A DNA stretch of 64,000 nucleotides from Flavobacteriales bacterium (GTDB lineage Bacteria > Bacteroidota > Bacteroidia > Palsa-965): NCBI GenBank assembly GCA_040377305.1, contig JBEIPA010000009.1, positions 64,001 to 128,000 on the forward strand, in the 5' to 3' direction. Under the pieces are notes generated by a model, which did no database searches, had not been told where the DNA came from, and was given only the letters and a program-made list of their open reading frames with translations. Position numbers and translations under genes: made by a program. Below, piece by piece: positions 46,965-58,554 of the stretch; position 1 is the first letter of the stretch, and each line of letters opens with the position of its first letter.

Positions 46965-48776
46965 GTGGAATTCTCCGACAGCATACGCGAAACAATCAGC
47001 AGCTTGCCCGATTCTCCTGGCGTGTATCAATACTACGATGCCGAGGGAATTATTTTGTACGTGGGCAAAGCCAAGAGTCTGAAGAAACGTGTGACGTCGT
47101 ATTTCGTTGGAGTCGATCGTCATCCCGCCAAGACAACTATTCTCGTTCGCAAAATTCATTCAATCAAGTTCATTCTTGTCGACACAGAATTAGATGCGTT
47201 GTTGCTCGAGAATAATCTGATCAAGAAATATCAGCCGCGTTACAATGTGTTGCTGAAAGACGACAAGACTTTTCCGTGGATTTGCATCACGAACGAACGC
47301 TTTCCCAGAATATTTCCAACGCGTAAAGTCATCAAAGACGGTTCGCAGTATTTCGGTCCATATGCGAATGTGAAAGTGATGTACACCATGCTCGATATGG
47401 TGAAGAAGATGTACCCGTTGCGTAATTGCCGGTTGAATCTTTCGAAGGAGAATGTAGAGGCGAAGAAGTTTAAAGTTTGTCTCGAGTTTCACATCGGAAA
47501 TTGTTTAGGTCCTTGCGAAGATTTGCAGACCGAAGAAAACTACGATGCGGGCATTTCGAAAATCCGTGACTTGATCAAAGGAAATATTTCTGCTGTAATC
47601 CGTCAATTGAAGGATGAGATCAAAGCTCATTCATTGGCGATGAAGTTTGAAGAGGCTCAGGAAGCAAAGGAGAATCTGGATGCACTCGAAACATACCAGG
47701 CACGATCAACAGTCGTAAGCCCTACGATTACGAAAGTGGATGTGTTCGCGTTTCGTTCCGACGAGAAAGCAGCTTATGTAAGTTTCTTTCGTGTGATCGA
47801 TGGCGCAATTATTCAGGGCCACACCATCGAGATGAAGAAGAAGATTGAAGAGTCGGACGAAGAAATGCTTCAGCTCGCGATTGTAGAATTGCGCGAACGG
47901 TTCCAGAGCAATTCGAAAGAGATTCTGATTCCTTTCGAAGCGAATCTTGAAATTCCTGACGTCACGATTTTTGTTCCTCAGCGTGGCGACAAACGCAAAC
48001 TCATTGAATTGTGTGAGCGCAACGTGGAGTATTATCTCACCGAGAAACAAAAGCAGGATGCGCTCACTGATCCCGAGCGTCACACGAAACGCATCATGGC
48101 AACGATGATGAAGGATCTGCGCTTAACAGAAGAGCCACGACTCATTGAGTGTTTCGACAACTCCAATTTCCAGGGCGACTTCGCTGTTTCTGCAATGACC
48201 GTTTTCCGCGATGGTAAACCGAGCAAGAAAGATTACCGTCACTACAATGTGAAAACAGTTGTAGGTCCGGATGATTTCGCAACAATGCGCGAAGTGATTC
48301 ATCGCCGATACTCCCGCGTGGTAGAAGAGAATCTCGAATTTCCTCAGCTGTTGGTTGTCGATGGAGGAAAGGGTCAACTCTCTGCCGCAATGGAAGCGTT
48401 GGAGTCATTAAACCTTCGCGGAAAATTTGCGGTTATCGGAATCGCGAAACGCCTCGAGGAAATTTATTATCCCGACGATTCCGTTCCGTTGTATCTCGAC
48501 AAGAAATCGGAAACACTTCGCGTGATTCAATACATCCGCGATGAAGCGCACCGTTTCGGAATTACACATCACCGCAAGAAACGCAGCAAGGGCACGATCA
48601 AAACCGAGCTCACCGAAATCGAAGGTATAAGCGATGTAACAGCGAAAAAGCTGTTGTCGAAATTCAAATCGGTGAAGCAACTGAAAGAGAAATCGCTGGA
48701 AGAGATTGCGGAAGTGGTGGGTCCGGCGAAAGCTGGATTGGTTTGGAATTATTTTCATCCAGCGAAAGGAAGCTAA
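46965..48776 (+). CDS. uvrC: excinuclease ABC subunit C
   Basis: GVYQY..YVGKAK GIY-YIG domain; ECFDNS; DGGKGQL; RDEAHRF; HhH. Confidence 0.96.
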   Translation: MEFSDSIRETISSLPDSPGVYQYYDAEGIILYVGKAKSLKKRVTSYFVGVDRHPAKTTILVRKIHSIKFILVDTELDALLLENNLIKKYQPRYNVLLKDDKTFPWICITNERFPRIFPTRKVIKDGSQYFGPYANVKVMYTMLDMVKKMYPLRNCRLNLSKENVEAKKFKVCLEFHIGNCLGPCEDLQTEENYDAGISKIRDLIKGNISAVIRQLKDEIKAHSLAMKFEEAQEAKENLDALETYQARSTVVSPTITKVDVFAFRSDEKAAYVSFFRVIDGAIIQGHTIEMKKKIEESDEEMLQLAIVELRERFQSNSKEILIPFEANLEIPDVTIFVPQRGDKRKLIELCERNVEYYLTEKQKQDALTDPERHTKRIMATMMKDLRLTEEPRLIECFDNSNFQGDFAVSAMTVFRDGKPSKKDYRHYNVKTVVGPDDFATMREVIHRRYSRVVEENLEFPQLLVVDGGKGQLSAAMEALESLNLRGKFAVIGIAKRLEEIYYPDDSVPLYLDKKSETLRVIQYIRDEAHRFGITHHRKKRSKGTIKTELTEIEGISDVTAKKLLSKFKSVKQLKEKSLEEIAEVVGPAKAGLVWNYFHPAKGS

Positions 48777-48779
48777 CGA

Positions 48780-49184
48780 TCACTGAACCTTGCGATACGT
48801 TATTTCACGATTACCTCCTGGAAATATCCACACAGAATCACTCATTAGATCCGCATTCCACTTGATCGGCTTCCGCTCATCATAGTATCGTAACCATACC
48901 TGATTTTTATTTTCATGATACTCCCACGTGCCACTCGTGTATGTCGTATCACTACTCTTCTTGTACCAGGAACGGAACCATGCAAATGTTCCATTCGCGT
49001 GAAACCAATAGGTACCTGAGTCCATTTCAAAAAGGCAATCCAGATCGGTTACCCCATCGATTTTGTAATCGACATTGACCCACTTTCCAACGAATTTGTC
49101 CGGATGGGTCGGCGTTTCTTTCATCCAGGAAAAGCAGAAGGACGCTGCCACAGCAATGCAAAAAGTAAGAGAGTACTGTTTCAT
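48780..49184 (-). CDS. secreted lipocalin-like hypothetical protein
   Basis: Signal peptide; FVGKW, GTWEY. Confidence 0.6.
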   Translation of the reverse strand: MKQYSLTFCIAVAASFCFSWMKETPTHPDKFVGKWVNVDYKIDGVTDLDCLFEMDSGTYWFHANGTFAWFRSWYKKSSDTTYTSGTWEYHENKNQVWLRYYDERKPIKWNADLMSDSVWIFPGGNREITYRKVQ

Positions 49185-49951
49185 TTCGTATTAATATAAT
49201 ACCGGATCATATCCCTCTCCAACTGCTCTACGCCCCCGGGATATTCTTCCTCCAACGTTTTCTCGGATCCGCGTCCCGTACCGATTTTGTACAAAACGAT
49301 GGAAAAAATATCATCGTGAAATGTGCGCAGATAGTACACAATGCCCCAACTAATTGTGTAGTGATTCGATTCTTTTCTCGCATGAAATTTCCGATGTGAA
49401 GCATTGATCGTTGAGCAAATGGAGAACGAACCACTATCAGCCGTAAACTTTCGCATTTCCTGTAAGCGAAAAATATGCGGACCGATCGTTACGTTCTCCA
49501 GCGAATCTATCGCAGCCGTTTTGAAGTACTCCGCAATTCCTTCATCGATCCAATCGGGCCGCCAGCGCGCATGATGATGAAAAATTGCGTGCGACATTTC
49601 ATGGTAGGTTGTGGCGAGATAACGCGGCCATTTGAAGACCATCACCAGCTTCGGCAGTGGGGCATACAATCCGGTTTCTGAAATGATTTTACCAACGAGC
49701 TTGCGTTGTGCGCTTCGGAATTTCTGTTCGTCGCCAAACATGCGAATGCGGATGGTTTGACTTCGTTGCGTCCCAAATACATCACTGAAATATTCCGTTT
49801 CATACTCAGCCATCACACGAAATCTGTTTTTGTCTTCAGCAGATAGTGTACAGCCGCGACAGTCGTAGTGTAGACGCTGCGCGGAAATGCCAACGGTAAT
49901 CAACAGGAAGGAAACGAGTATGGACTTTCTCAACTCCATAAAGTTAAACAT
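49181..49951 (-). CDS. zincin-like protein (DUF1570-like)
   Basis: HEMSH..WIDEGIAEYF. Confidence 0.75.
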   Translation of the reverse strand: MFNFMELRKSILVSFLLITVGISAQRLHYDCRGCTLSAEDKNRFRVMAEYETEYFSDVFGTQRSQTIRIRMFGDEQKFRSAQRKLVGKIISETGLYAPLPKLVMVFKWPRYLATTYHEMSHAIFHHHARWRPDWIDEGIAEYFKTAAIDSLENVTIGPHIFRLQEMRKFTADSGSFSICSTINASHRKFHARKESNHYTISWGIVYYLRTFHDDIFSIVLYKIGTGRGSEKTLEEEYPGGVEQLERDMIRYYINTK

Positions 49952-50053
49952 TCCCTCAGTGAAGATTGGTGATAAAATGTTAACTCATGTAGACCCGTCT
50001 CCCATCTCCTGTCTCCCATCAATTAGCTACATTTGCTGCACTAAAAATCAACC

Positions 50054-51568
50054 ATGAGTCAACAACTTTCCGAACAGGAAATTATCCGCCGCCAGAAGCT
50101 CGACCAGCTTCGCGCAATGGGCATTGAGCCTTATCCAGCCGAAGAATTTATCGTGAATGTCTCTGCAAAGGACATCAAGGAAAACTACGAGCGCGATAAG
50201 ACGAATTACAAGGCGGTTTCCATTGCCGGACGATTCATGGGCTCCCGCATCATGGGTAAAGCATCTTTTGCTGAGCTGCAGGACTCGAGCGGAAGAATTC
50301 AGTTGTATGTGAACCGCGATGAAATTTGTCCCGGTGAAAACAAAGATTTGTACAACAGTGTTTTCAAGAAACTGCTTGACATCGGCGATTTCATTGGCGT
50401 GGAAGGATACGTGTTCACGACTCAGGTCGGAGAAATTTCTATTCACGTTACCGGATTGAAATTGCTGAGCAAATCGTTGAAGCCGCTTCCGATTGTAAAA
50501 ACCGACGACGCTGGTGTTGCGCATGATCAGGTAACTGATCCTGAATTCCGTTACCGTCAGCGTTACGCGGATCTGGTAGTGAATCCGGCTGTGAAAGATA
50601 CATTCATCAAGCGCACGAAGATGATTAACTCTATGCGTGAGTCGCTGAATAATCTCGGATTGCTTGAAGTAGACACGCCCGTGTTGCAAACAATTCCGGG
50701 TGGAGCAGCAGCGCGTCCGTTTATGACACATCACAACGCGTTGGACGTTCCGTTCTATCTGCGGATTGCAAACGAATTATATCTCAAGCGTTTGATCGTT
50801 GGTGGATTTGACGGCGTGTACGAGTTTTCCCGCAACTTCCGAAATGAAGGAATGGATCGCACGCACAATCCGGAATTCACCGTCCTCGAATTCTACGTCG
50901 CGTACAAGGATTACGAGTGGATGATGAAGGCCACAGAAACGATGCTTGAAAAAATCGCTGTCACACTTCATGATACTACGGAAGTGACTGTTGGCGAACA
51001 GAAAATTAATTTTCAGGCACCGTTCAAGCGCATTACACTTTACGATGCGATCAAAGAGAACACGGGCGTTGACGTTACGAATATGAGCGAAGAAGAACTT
51101 CGTGCAACGTGTGCAAGTATGCACATTCCGCTGGAGAATAGCATGGGGCGCGGAAAAATCATAGATCAGATTTTCGGTGAGAAGTGTGAAGGAAAATATA
51201 TTCAGCCGACATTCATCACGGATTATCCGGTGGAGATGAGTCCGCTTACAAAGAAGCACCGCAGCAAGCCAGGATTGGTTGAACGCTTCGAGCTCATGGT
51301 AAACGGAAAAGAAATTGCGAATGCATACAGCGAGTTGAATGATCCGATCGATCAGCGCGAACGTTTTGAAGAGCAAGTGAAACTCATGGAACGTGGTGAT
51401 GACGAAGCGATGTTCATCGATCACGACTTCCTGCGCGCACTCGAATACGGAATGCCACCAACAGCAGGAATCGGAATTGGTATCGATCGTTTAGCAATGT
51501 TGATGACGAACAACGTTTCCATTCAGGATGTGTTGTTCTTCCCGCAGATGAGACCGGAAAAGGCATAG
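50054..51568 (+). CDS. lysS: lysyl-tRNA synthetase (class II)
   Basis: [31 protein letters not shown]. Confidence 0.97.
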   Translation: MSQQLSEQEIIRRQKLDQLRAMGIEPYPAEEFIVNVSAKDIKENYERDKTNYKAVSIAGRFMGSRIMGKASFAELQDSSGRIQLYVNRDEICPGENKDLYNSVFKKLLDIGDFIGVEGYVFTTQVGEISIHVTGLKLLSKSLKPLPIVKTDDAGVAHDQVTDPEFRYRQRYADLVVNPAVKDTFIKRTKMINSMRESLNNLGLLEVDTPVLQTIPGGAAARPFMTHHNALDVPFYLRIANELYLKRLIVGGFDGVYEFSRNFRNEGMDRTHNPEFTVLEFYVAYKDYEWMMKATETMLEKIAVTLHDTTEVTVGEQKINFQAPFKRITLYDAIKENTGVDVTNMSEEELRATCASMHIPLENSMGRGKIIDQIFGEKCEGKYIQPTFITDYPVEMSPLTKKHRSKPGLVERFELMVNGKEIANAYSELNDPIDQRERFEEQVKLMERGDDEAMFIDHDFLRALEYGMPPTAGIGIGIDRLAMLMTNNVSIQDVLFFPQMRPEKA

Positions 51569-51577
51569 CCTTTTCGC

Positions 51578-51646
51578 CAGTGCGCAGTTATCAGTACGCA
51601 GTGCGCAGTGGTCATGAATTTACTGCGTACTGCAAACTGCGTACTG
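51578..51646. repeat. inverted heptamer repeats (CAGTGCG/CGTACTG)
   Basis: Intergenic, directly after lysS. Confidence 0.75.
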
Positions 51647-51659
51647 TTCGCGGAGAGGC

Positions 51660-53606
51660 ATGAAACCTTCATCGACCAAATTTCTCTACTATCTCACGGG
51701 CATCACTTTCGCCGGCTTTCTACTGCGTATTAATCACACCTGGAGCGAGTCAATCACAGCCGATGAAGTAAGCGCGTTGTTGCGGTTGAAATACGATTCA
51801 CTCGGCGCCATGATAGAAGGTGGCGTACGCCCCGATGGTCATCCTGCATTTACGCAAGTGCTGCTGTGGTTCTGGATCAAAATGTTCGGCGACTCTGAAT
51901 TTGCTGTTCGTTTACCTTTTGTGTTCATGGGAACCGCATCCATCTGGTTTGCGGGAATGGCAGCGAAACGATGGTTCGGTGTTGGAACTGCATTGGCTGT
52001 GGCGGCTTCATTGGCATTCTTGCAATTCCCGTTGATGTATTCGCAACTCGCTAGACCGTATGCACCGGGATTATTTTTCACGATGTGGGCGGCGTGTGCA
52101 GCATCTCGTTTTTCGGGAGAAGAAAAAGTAAGTTGGTTGCATGTATTGTCCTTCGGTGTTGCAGCAGCAGGAGCGGCGTACTCACATTACTTCAGCATGC
52201 TTACTACATTGTTGCTGGGCGTGTCGATGATATTTATGTCACACGCAAACAATCGAATCAAGTTTGTTGTTGCGGGCGTTGTTGCAGTTGCGCTGTTTCT
52301 TCCTCATTGGGGAATCTCGATGTCACAACTTTCTATTGGAGGAATCGGCGGACCAGGAGGATGGCTCGGACCACCAACACCGGATTTCTTCCGGGAGCAT
52401 CTCCTAAAAATCTTTGATTCATCACAAGGGATGGTTTGTCTTGTGGCATTAATCTGGGTTTTCTGTTTGGTGTTTAACAAGCAAGCACTGGGCAAACGAA
52501 GAATATTCATGCTGCTCATTTGGGTATTGCCACTGGCGATTGGCTATTGGTATTCTGTTACGAAAAATCCGGTGTTGCAACATTCGGTGTTGTTGTTCAG
52601 CATGCCATTCCTGTTGATGTTTCTCTTCTCCTGGTTTCCGAATGATGAAGAGGTGAAGTATCCATATCGGTTCGCGAATGTGCTGATTGTTGTGTTCGCA
52701 TTTTACATCACCATCTATAAACCATTTCGACTTACCGATCATTTCGGAAGACTGCAGGAACTTGTTGAAACGTATTACGACTATGAGGACAAGGGCGTCA
52801 CCGTAATTTATAATGTCGACGATCCTTATTTCATCAACTACTACACTACTCCGTCGCAAACAAAACGCAAGAAGACTCCTCAATTTACCTTTCTCGTTCA
52901 CGATGATGCAAGGTCTGAGATGGCCCAGCTTCGCGATCGTGTAATGCATGCACAAGGCGACTATTTCATTTACGGATGGAGCACGCGTGAATCTTCACCG
53001 GCTGCCCTCGACATCATTGCGTTGGAATATCCATGTCTTGTTGAAAAACACGAATGGTTCAATTCAGCAGTTTACGTTTTTGCACGGAGCCGTGTAGTGC
53101 CGCAGGACAGTTGCGAGTATCACTCAACAGTGAAGACCTATTCCATTATGAATATCGTGCAAGGCGACACCATTCAACGTTTGTGGCGGCCAGCGTGCAA
53201 TATCGTCGGCGATACATTCACACTTGATAGTCTTTGCGCATTCGGACCCATGTTGCATGCGCGTGTAGGTGACGTCCTTTCGAATCCTGACAATGAAATT
53301 GTTTTACATGCTTCCGTGTTCACTCCGAAACTTAGAACAAGCTGCATTCTCGTAGTGGAATTCATACGCGACGGCAAGCAATTGTGGTGGACCGGAATGG
53401 ATACGAAGTCGCAGATAGACACAACACGGGCTGGATGGCAAGTCGCTTATTTCGGTCAGCGTCCACCAATTCCGTTGCTACGCTCCGACAGTATTCACGC
53501 TTATATGTACTCTCCGCAAATGCAGACGGTGAAGGTGCGGAACCTCACATTTATGACGAGAGAAGGGCATCGGGGCATTCATGGCGTTCGTCCTGATTAT
53601 GAATAA
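51660..53606 (+). CDS. GT39/ArnT-like membrane glycosyltransferase
   Basis: SITADE, DGHP, EFAVRLP, SQLARPY, YSHYF; multiple TMs. Confidence 0.82.
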   Translation: MKPSSTKFLYYLTGITFAGFLLRINHTWSESITADEVSALLRLKYDSLGAMIEGGVRPDGHPAFTQVLLWFWIKMFGDSEFAVRLPFVFMGTASIWFAGMAAKRWFGVGTALAVAASLAFLQFPLMYSQLARPYAPGLFFTMWAACAASRFSGEEKVSWLHVLSFGVAAAGAAYSHYFSMLTTLLLGVSMIFMSHANNRIKFVVAGVVAVALFLPHWGISMSQLSIGGIGGPGGWLGPPTPDFFREHLLKIFDSSQGMVCLVALIWVFCLVFNKQALGKRRIFMLLIWVLPLAIGYWYSVTKNPVLQHSVLLFSMPFLLMFLFSWFPNDEEVKYPYRFANVLIVVFAFYITIYKPFRLTDHFGRLQELVETYYDYEDKGVTVIYNVDDPYFINYYTTPSQTKRKKTPQFTFLVHDDARSEMAQLRDRVMHAQGDYFIYGWSTRESSPAALDIIALEYPCLVEKHEWFNSAVYVFARSRVVPQDSCEYHSTVKTYSIMNIVQGDTIQRLWRPACNIVGDTFTLDSLCAFGPMLHARVGDVLSNPDNEIVLHASVFTPKLRTSCILVVEFIRDGKQLWWTGMDTKSQIDTTRAGWQVAYFGQRPPIPLLRSDSIHAYMYSPQMQTVKVRNLTFMTREGHRGIHGVRPDYE

Positions 53607-53682
53607 ACCCGTACTTTCGTCTCGGTGAAATCCTGAGGCCCACGGTCGGGATTCATGAATTCCAAAATGAAAACAGGTGCGA

Positions 53683-54687
53683 ATGAATAAGAATCGCGTT
53701 GCAGTAATCGGAGGAGGAAGTTGGGCTACAGCAATTGTTAAAATGCTGTGCAACGGACTTGCAGATGGTGAGAAGATTTCCTGGTGGATTCGTAATCCGG
53801 AGCAAACGGAATACATTACAAAGTTTCGCCACAATCCGAAATATCTTAGTGCGGTTGAGTTCGATGTGAACAAACTTTCTCTGAGCAACAATATTCATGA
53901 TGTAATCGCGAACAACGATTTGCTAATCATGGCGGTACCTTCGGCGTTTCTTGCGGACTCATTGCAGGATGTAACCGCGGAGCACTTTACAAACAAAATT
54001 GTTTTCTCTGCAATCAAAGGAATTATTCCGGGACCGAATCTTATTGTTGGAGAATACTTCAATCAGCATTACGGTGTTCCCTATTCGAATATTGGTGTAA
54101 TTACAGGGCCGTGTCACGCCGAGGAAGTCGCATTGGAAAAGCTTTCTTATCTCACTGTTGCATCGCAATCCAAGGAGTATGCGCAGGAAGTTGCAGATCG
54201 CTTAAAGTGTCGTTTCATTCGCGTATCGGTATCTGATGATATTTATGGAACGGAATATTCGGCTGTATTGAAAAACGTGGTTGCAATCGCAGGTGGAATC
54301 TGTCACGGACTTGGTTACGGTGACAACTTTCAGGCGGTGTTGATTTCTAATGCTATTCAGGAAATTTCCCGTTTCGTAGATGCAGCTCATCCGATCGACA
54401 GGGATATTAAAGACTCTGCTTATCTCGGCGACTTGCTCGTAACAGCGTATTCTCAATTCAGTCGCAATAGAATGTTTGGCGCTATGATTGGCAAAGGCTA
54501 TTCAGTGAAAATGGCGCAACTCGAGATGAACATGATTGCAGAAGGATATTACGCTGTGAAATGTGTTCATGAGATTAATCAGAAGCTGAAAGTTGATATG
54601 CCGATCACGAATTGTGTGTATCATATTCTCTACGAAAGAATTGCACCTGCAATCGAGGTGAAAATTCTTACTGACAAACTTTCTTAA
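53683..54687 (+). CDS. gpsA: NAD(P)H-dependent glycerol-3-phosphate dehydrogenase
   Basis: GGGSWATA, GPCHAEE, LKN, GDLLVT.YS..SRN. Confidence 0.95.
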   Translation: MNKNRVAVIGGGSWATAIVKMLCNGLADGEKISWWIRNPEQTEYITKFRHNPKYLSAVEFDVNKLSLSNNIHDVIANNDLLIMAVPSAFLADSLQDVTAEHFTNKIVFSAIKGIIPGPNLIVGEYFNQHYGVPYSNIGVITGPCHAEEVALEKLSYLTVASQSKEYAQEVADRLKCRFIRVSVSDDIYGTEYSAVLKNVVAIAGGICHGLGYGDNFQAVLISNAIQEISRFVDAAHPIDRDIKDSAYLGDLLVTAYSQFSRNRMFGAMIGKGYSVKMAQLEMNMIAEGYYAVKCVHEINQKLKVDMPITNCVYHILYERIAPAIEVKILTDKLS

Positions 54688-54756
54688 GACACGTGCGGAT
54701 CTTCAGGGATACTTACACGAAATGGATGAGAATCTTCTTCGCTGAAATGGCCGCAT

Positions 54757-54787
54757 AAAAAACGGGAGCCGCTTCCGCAACTCCCGT
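54757..54787 (-). terminator. terminator of the PKD gene
   Basis: ACGGGAG..CTCCCGT with T-run on the minus strand. Confidence 0.65.
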
Positions 54788-54808
54788 CTGTAGTCTGATA
54801 TCTGTCGT

Positions 54809-57538
54809 CTACTCTTTCACAAAGCGGCGTGCCGTTGTGCCGCCCTTGTTTGTAACGCGCAAGGTGTATAATCCGGTTGCCAGATCATTGATGTCGATGC
54901 GAATGATGTTACCAGTCATTTCATTCTGACGGTAAACAAGATTTCCGGTTACATCGTAGATTTCAATGTCACTGGTAACATCCCACCAAAGCTCAACCGT
55001 GAGTTCTGTTGTTGCTGGGTTAGGATAAACAGAATTGATTCCTGCAACATTCACGTTGTAGCCTGTGATGAGAATGGTATCCTGTACACAAGTTGTGTCC
55101 ATCACGCCGCACATGTCTGTTGTAATCAAACAGATTGTGTATATGCCACCCGTTGCGTAGTGATGAGTCCCCGGGTTCTGCAGCGTAGAAGTAGTTGCAT
55201 CACCGAAATCCCAGAACCAGCTCATGATTCCGCCGGTTGAAGCATCAGTAACCATGATGGAATCTTCATCCGTAGTGTATGTGAATGCTGCAACACCGAG
55301 GTCACAAACAGTCACCGACATACAAGTAGTGTCTGCATTTCCGCAGTTGTTGTTCACGATGAGGCATACCATGTAAGTTCCGGCAGCCGCATACGTGTGA
55401 GCAGGCGATTGCGATGTTGATGTTGTTGCATCACCAAAATCCCACATCCAATTGTCAACAGCACCGGTAGACATGTCCATGAAGTTTGTATTCAGGCCAG
55501 AGCTCGTATTCATGAATGATGCAGTATTTAATCCGCAAACAGAAACCGATTGACAGATCGTGTCCATGTCTCCGCAGTTGTTGCTGATCATGAGACAAAC
55601 GTTGTATGTTCCACCGGTTGCATACGTGTGAGATGGATTCTGCAACGTAGAAGTAGTTGCATCACCGAAATCCCACATCCATGTGTTTACTGTGCCGGAA
55701 GTCATGTCCATGAAATTTACATTCAAAGCATTTGATGTTTCCATGAATGCCGCAGTTGGCGTTGTACATACCGTGATTGTTGTACACACCTGACTTGTTC
55801 CGCATGGAGAAGATTCGGTGAGACAAACAGTGTAAGTTCCTGCAGCAGCATACGTGTGCGAAGGAGCTGCGAGTGTAGAAGTAGTTGCATCGCCGAAATC
55901 CCACAGGTGACCAGTAACAAGACCAGTCGATGTGTTTGTGGTAGTAAGGTTCAACGAACTTGTAGACGCAGACATTACAGCTGTTGGACTTCCAGCATAG
56001 TTACCGATGTTCGCACGTATACAAGCGTCTTGCGTCTGATCATAACGGAACGCAGCCCACGAGCCGTCGAGGATTTCAAAATTCCGACGCGACTGTGGAT
56101 TTGTTGTTTCGCAACCAAGGAAAATCGATGTGCCGCCCTGAAGCCATACAACATAGAAGCCACCGCTCGTTACTGTGATTGGTGCAGAAGGTGTAACGGT
56201 ATTCCATGAAGCGGAAACAACCGATGCAGAAGGAACAGTTGTCGTGAACAGTTGAGTTCCCGGTCCACCCATTGGGCCATCATCAGCAAAAACCTGAGCA
56301 ATGTAACCGTTACCGGTATTGCTGCTAATGTAATATTGCAATGAAGTAATATCGTATGGAAAAACCGGAGGTACAAAATGTACAGCCATGCCATCATCAT
56401 TCGCTCCGCCATTCCAGTTGATCGTAGCACCTGGAGCATTTCCGCTCACGTAAGAAAGTAACATGGAAGGTGCACAAGGATTCACAACATCAAGTTCCGT
56501 CGTGAGAATATTGTTTGCCGGATTAATATCACTCGAACTCGTTGCAGAAGTCTGTACCGAATATTGTCCGACTGCAGAAGGCGTCCATGTTGTTGTGTAC
56601 GTATACACAGAGTCGTCACCAGCAGCAAGCGTTGGCAGAGAACCTGTGCCTGTGTACGCGTTGACGAACACGGCATCGGTAATCAACGTTTGTAAGCTGA
56701 TCGGCGATGACATTGGTGTATTGCCACCATTCTTGATATCGGTCGTAACAGTGAACGCATAATTGTTGAAGATAAATTGTGCGCCATTTGTACTGTTGGT
56801 GTTCCATACCGGAAGCGCGTCCTCAATAGCGAGAAGTACCGGATTCGGATATTCGAAACGAATTACGTAACCGTTAGGTGGCATAATATCGTTATGCACC
56901 TGCAATCCGATTTGACCTGTGCTGTTTTCAATTCCAACGATCAGGTCAACATTGCCTGTTGGGGCAAATGCAGTGAGCGTGTTGTATTGATACGTAATAG
57001 AGCTGTCGCTGCTGCACAGAATAACCTGAAAGGAATTCGATCCTGTCCAGCTAGGAGCAGACGCCATCCAATAGGGACAGTTGAGATATGAAATGATGAA
57101 GGTGTCAACGCTGTTGGTCCAGTAACGAACCTGAGCGGGATTACCTGCACCGGTGAAGATGAGATCGCTCATGAATGGACACAAAATATTATCGCCATTG
57201 CCCGTAGTAGGAATCGTAGGGAACGATGATGCGATGTTGCTCACATTGTCGAAACTCAACCAGCCGTTGGATCCAACTTTCAGTTGCGTGTAATCATTCC
57301 AGTAGTAGTGAAACGGAAATCCGAGACCAACAAATCCCGGTGCAGAGTTATCATCAGCGAGTCCGCTTACAGATTGTACTCCGGGGCGCGAAGTGATGTC
57401 GATCCAGTTATACGTTGGCCCACCTGGGTCAATCGAGGTGATCCATGTATACCCGTAGGCATCAGGACCGCCGGCAGCATTCGCAGTGAGGGACGCGAAT
57501 AAGCTCAAGCCAGCAAAGAGTGCGTAAATTTTGTTCAT
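54809..57538 (-). CDS. T9SS cargo protein with four PKD domains
   Basis: GGPDAYGY N-terminus; four WDFGD repeats; VYPNP CTD. Confidence 0.9.
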   Translation of the reverse strand: MNKIYALFAGLSLFASLTANAAGGPDAYGYTWITSIDPGGPTYNWIDITSRPGVQSVSGLADDNSAPGFVGLGFPFHYYWNDYTQLKVGSNGWLSFDNVSNIASSFPTIPTTGNGDNILCPFMSDLIFTGAGNPAQVRYWTNSVDTFIISYLNCPYWMASAPSWTGSNSFQVILCSSDSSITYQYNTLTAFAPTGNVDLIVGIENSTGQIGLQVHNDIMPPNGYVIRFEYPNPVLLAIEDALPVWNTNSTNGAQFIFNNYAFTVTTDIKNGGNTPMSSPISLQTLITDAVFVNAYTGTGSLPTLAAGDDSVYTYTTTWTPSAVGQYSVQTSATSSSDINPANNILTTELDVVNPCAPSMLLSYVSGNAPGATINWNGGANDDGMAVHFVPPVFPYDITSLQYYISSNTGNGYIAQVFADDGPMGGPGTQLFTTTVPSASVVSASWNTVTPSAPITVTSGGFYVVWLQGGTSIFLGCETTNPQSRRNFEILDGSWAAFRYDQTQDACIRANIGNYAGSPTAVMSASTSSLNLTTTNTSTGLVTGHLWDFGDATTSTLAAPSHTYAAAGTYTVCLTESSPCGTSQVCTTITVCTTPTAAFMETSNALNVNFMDMTSGTVNTWMWDFGDATTSTLQNPSHTYATGGTYNVCLMISNNCGDMDTICQSVSVCGLNTASFMNTSSGLNTNFMDMSTGAVDNWMWDFGDATTSTSQSPAHTYAAAGTYMVCLIVNNNCGNADTTCMSVTVCDLGVAAFTYTTDEDSIMVTDASTGGIMSWFWDFGDATTSTLQNPGTHHYATGGIYTICLITTDMCGVMDTTCVQDTILITGYNVNVAGINSVYPNPATTELTVELWWDVTSDIEIYDVTGNLVYRQNEMTGNIIRIDINDLATGLYTLRVTNKGGTTARRFVKE

Positions 57539-57607
57539 GGTCTAGGTTTGTGTTTACTAAACGGAAATTTACAACTTTCCCAATGAAAAAGCCTGAAAAA
57601 AGAACCG

Positions 57608-58069
57608 CTATTTACCGCGCTTGAGTTCTCTTTCGTAGAGGGCAGTCCACTCCTCAGGTGTCATTTTCCCTGCTAATTCGCCAATAAGCTCGAATGGAAT
57701 GTGCTCAGGCTTTTTGAAACGTATACAGCTTTTGCCCATATCGAGCTTGGTTGTCGAAACTTTGGCATAAGCAGTCGTAAACCATTTTAACAATTTCGGA
57801 TCAGCATAAATACCCATGTGATAAATTGCGATGAAATTTTTCTGAGAAGCGAGGCCCAGAAAAGGAAGCGGATCAGCAGGATTGCAATGATATCCGGCTG
57901 GATACAAGGAATGCGGAACACAATATCCGAGCATACCGTAACCCATCGTTTCTTTAAATCCTTTCGGAAGGTTCTTCCTGATGACTTTCCGAAGCGCGGT
58001 CATGGCTTTTTGTCTGTCTTCCGGAAGCGATGCGAAATATTCATCGGGTGTAGCAGCTTTTGATTGCAT
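57608..58069 (-). CDS. DUF1801 (YdhG-like) protein
   Basis: YPAGYHC, LASQKN, LDMGKSCIRFKK. Confidence 0.88.
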   Translation of the reverse strand: MQSKAATPDEYFASLPEDRQKAMTALRKVIRKNLPKGFKETMGYGMLGYCVPHSLYPAGYHCNPADPLPFLGLASQKNFIAIYHMGIYADPKLLKWFTTAYAKVSTTKLDMGKSCIRFKKPEHIPFELIGELAGKMTPEEWTALYERELKRGK

Positions 58070-58176
58070 ACGAAGGAGGAATTGTTTGCTCAGCTAAAGT
58101 AATTCATCGCAGGATAAGATGTTACCGGTTATGGTAATTTACGACCTGCATCTAGTGGGGGATGATAACCTAATGC

Positions 58177-58554
58177 TTAAGCACTTTCGCGCACTGAAGT
58201 TTCGTCAATGCGACTCGAAATAGCCAGCGATGCAATTTTGCGGCAATCTTCTGCACATGCGCGACAAGCCAGTGCGCAGGCACGGCATGCTGATTCATTG
58301 TGTTGGTCGCATTCCAATGCACAGATGTCGCAGATCTCCGCACACAATGCGCAGAAACGTACAGCCTGTAATTCTCCACGAATGAGAAATGCAGCGGTAA
58401 GCCCACACATATCAGCGCAATAAATACATAATTCCAACGGCTTAGCTAAACCTGTAACTCGCGGTGAAAGCGAACAGGAAACGGCGCACTGTTCACACAA
58501 TTCCGCGCACTTCCGGCATGCTGCGATACACGCCCTTGTTAATTCTTCATTCAT
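58177..58554 (-). CDS. four-helix-bundle copper storage protein (Csp3/DUF326-like)
   Basis: Repeated CxxxCxxC. Confidence 0.82.
   Translation of the reverse strand: MNEELTRACIAACRKCAELCEQCAVSCSLSPRVTGLAKPLELCIYCADMCGLTAAFLIRGELQAVRFCALCAEICDICALECDQHNESACRACALACRACAEDCRKIASLAISSRIDETSVRESA

Noticed and set aside
46789-47159. Small ORFs over the REPIN
   Set aside because: They are translations of palindromic repeat sequence or overlap uvrC.
50048-51424. Long antisense ORFs (228 and 215 aa) opposite lysS, and similar shadow ORFs opposite uvrC, fabF and T4CP
   Set aside because: Expected stop-poor antisense frames of codon-biased genes; no recognisable motifs.
55150-55910. Regularly spaced DNA repeats (GTTGCATC.CC.AAATCCCA)
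   Set aside because: They encode the WDFGDAT motif of four PKD domains; coding repeats, not CRISPR or DGR.
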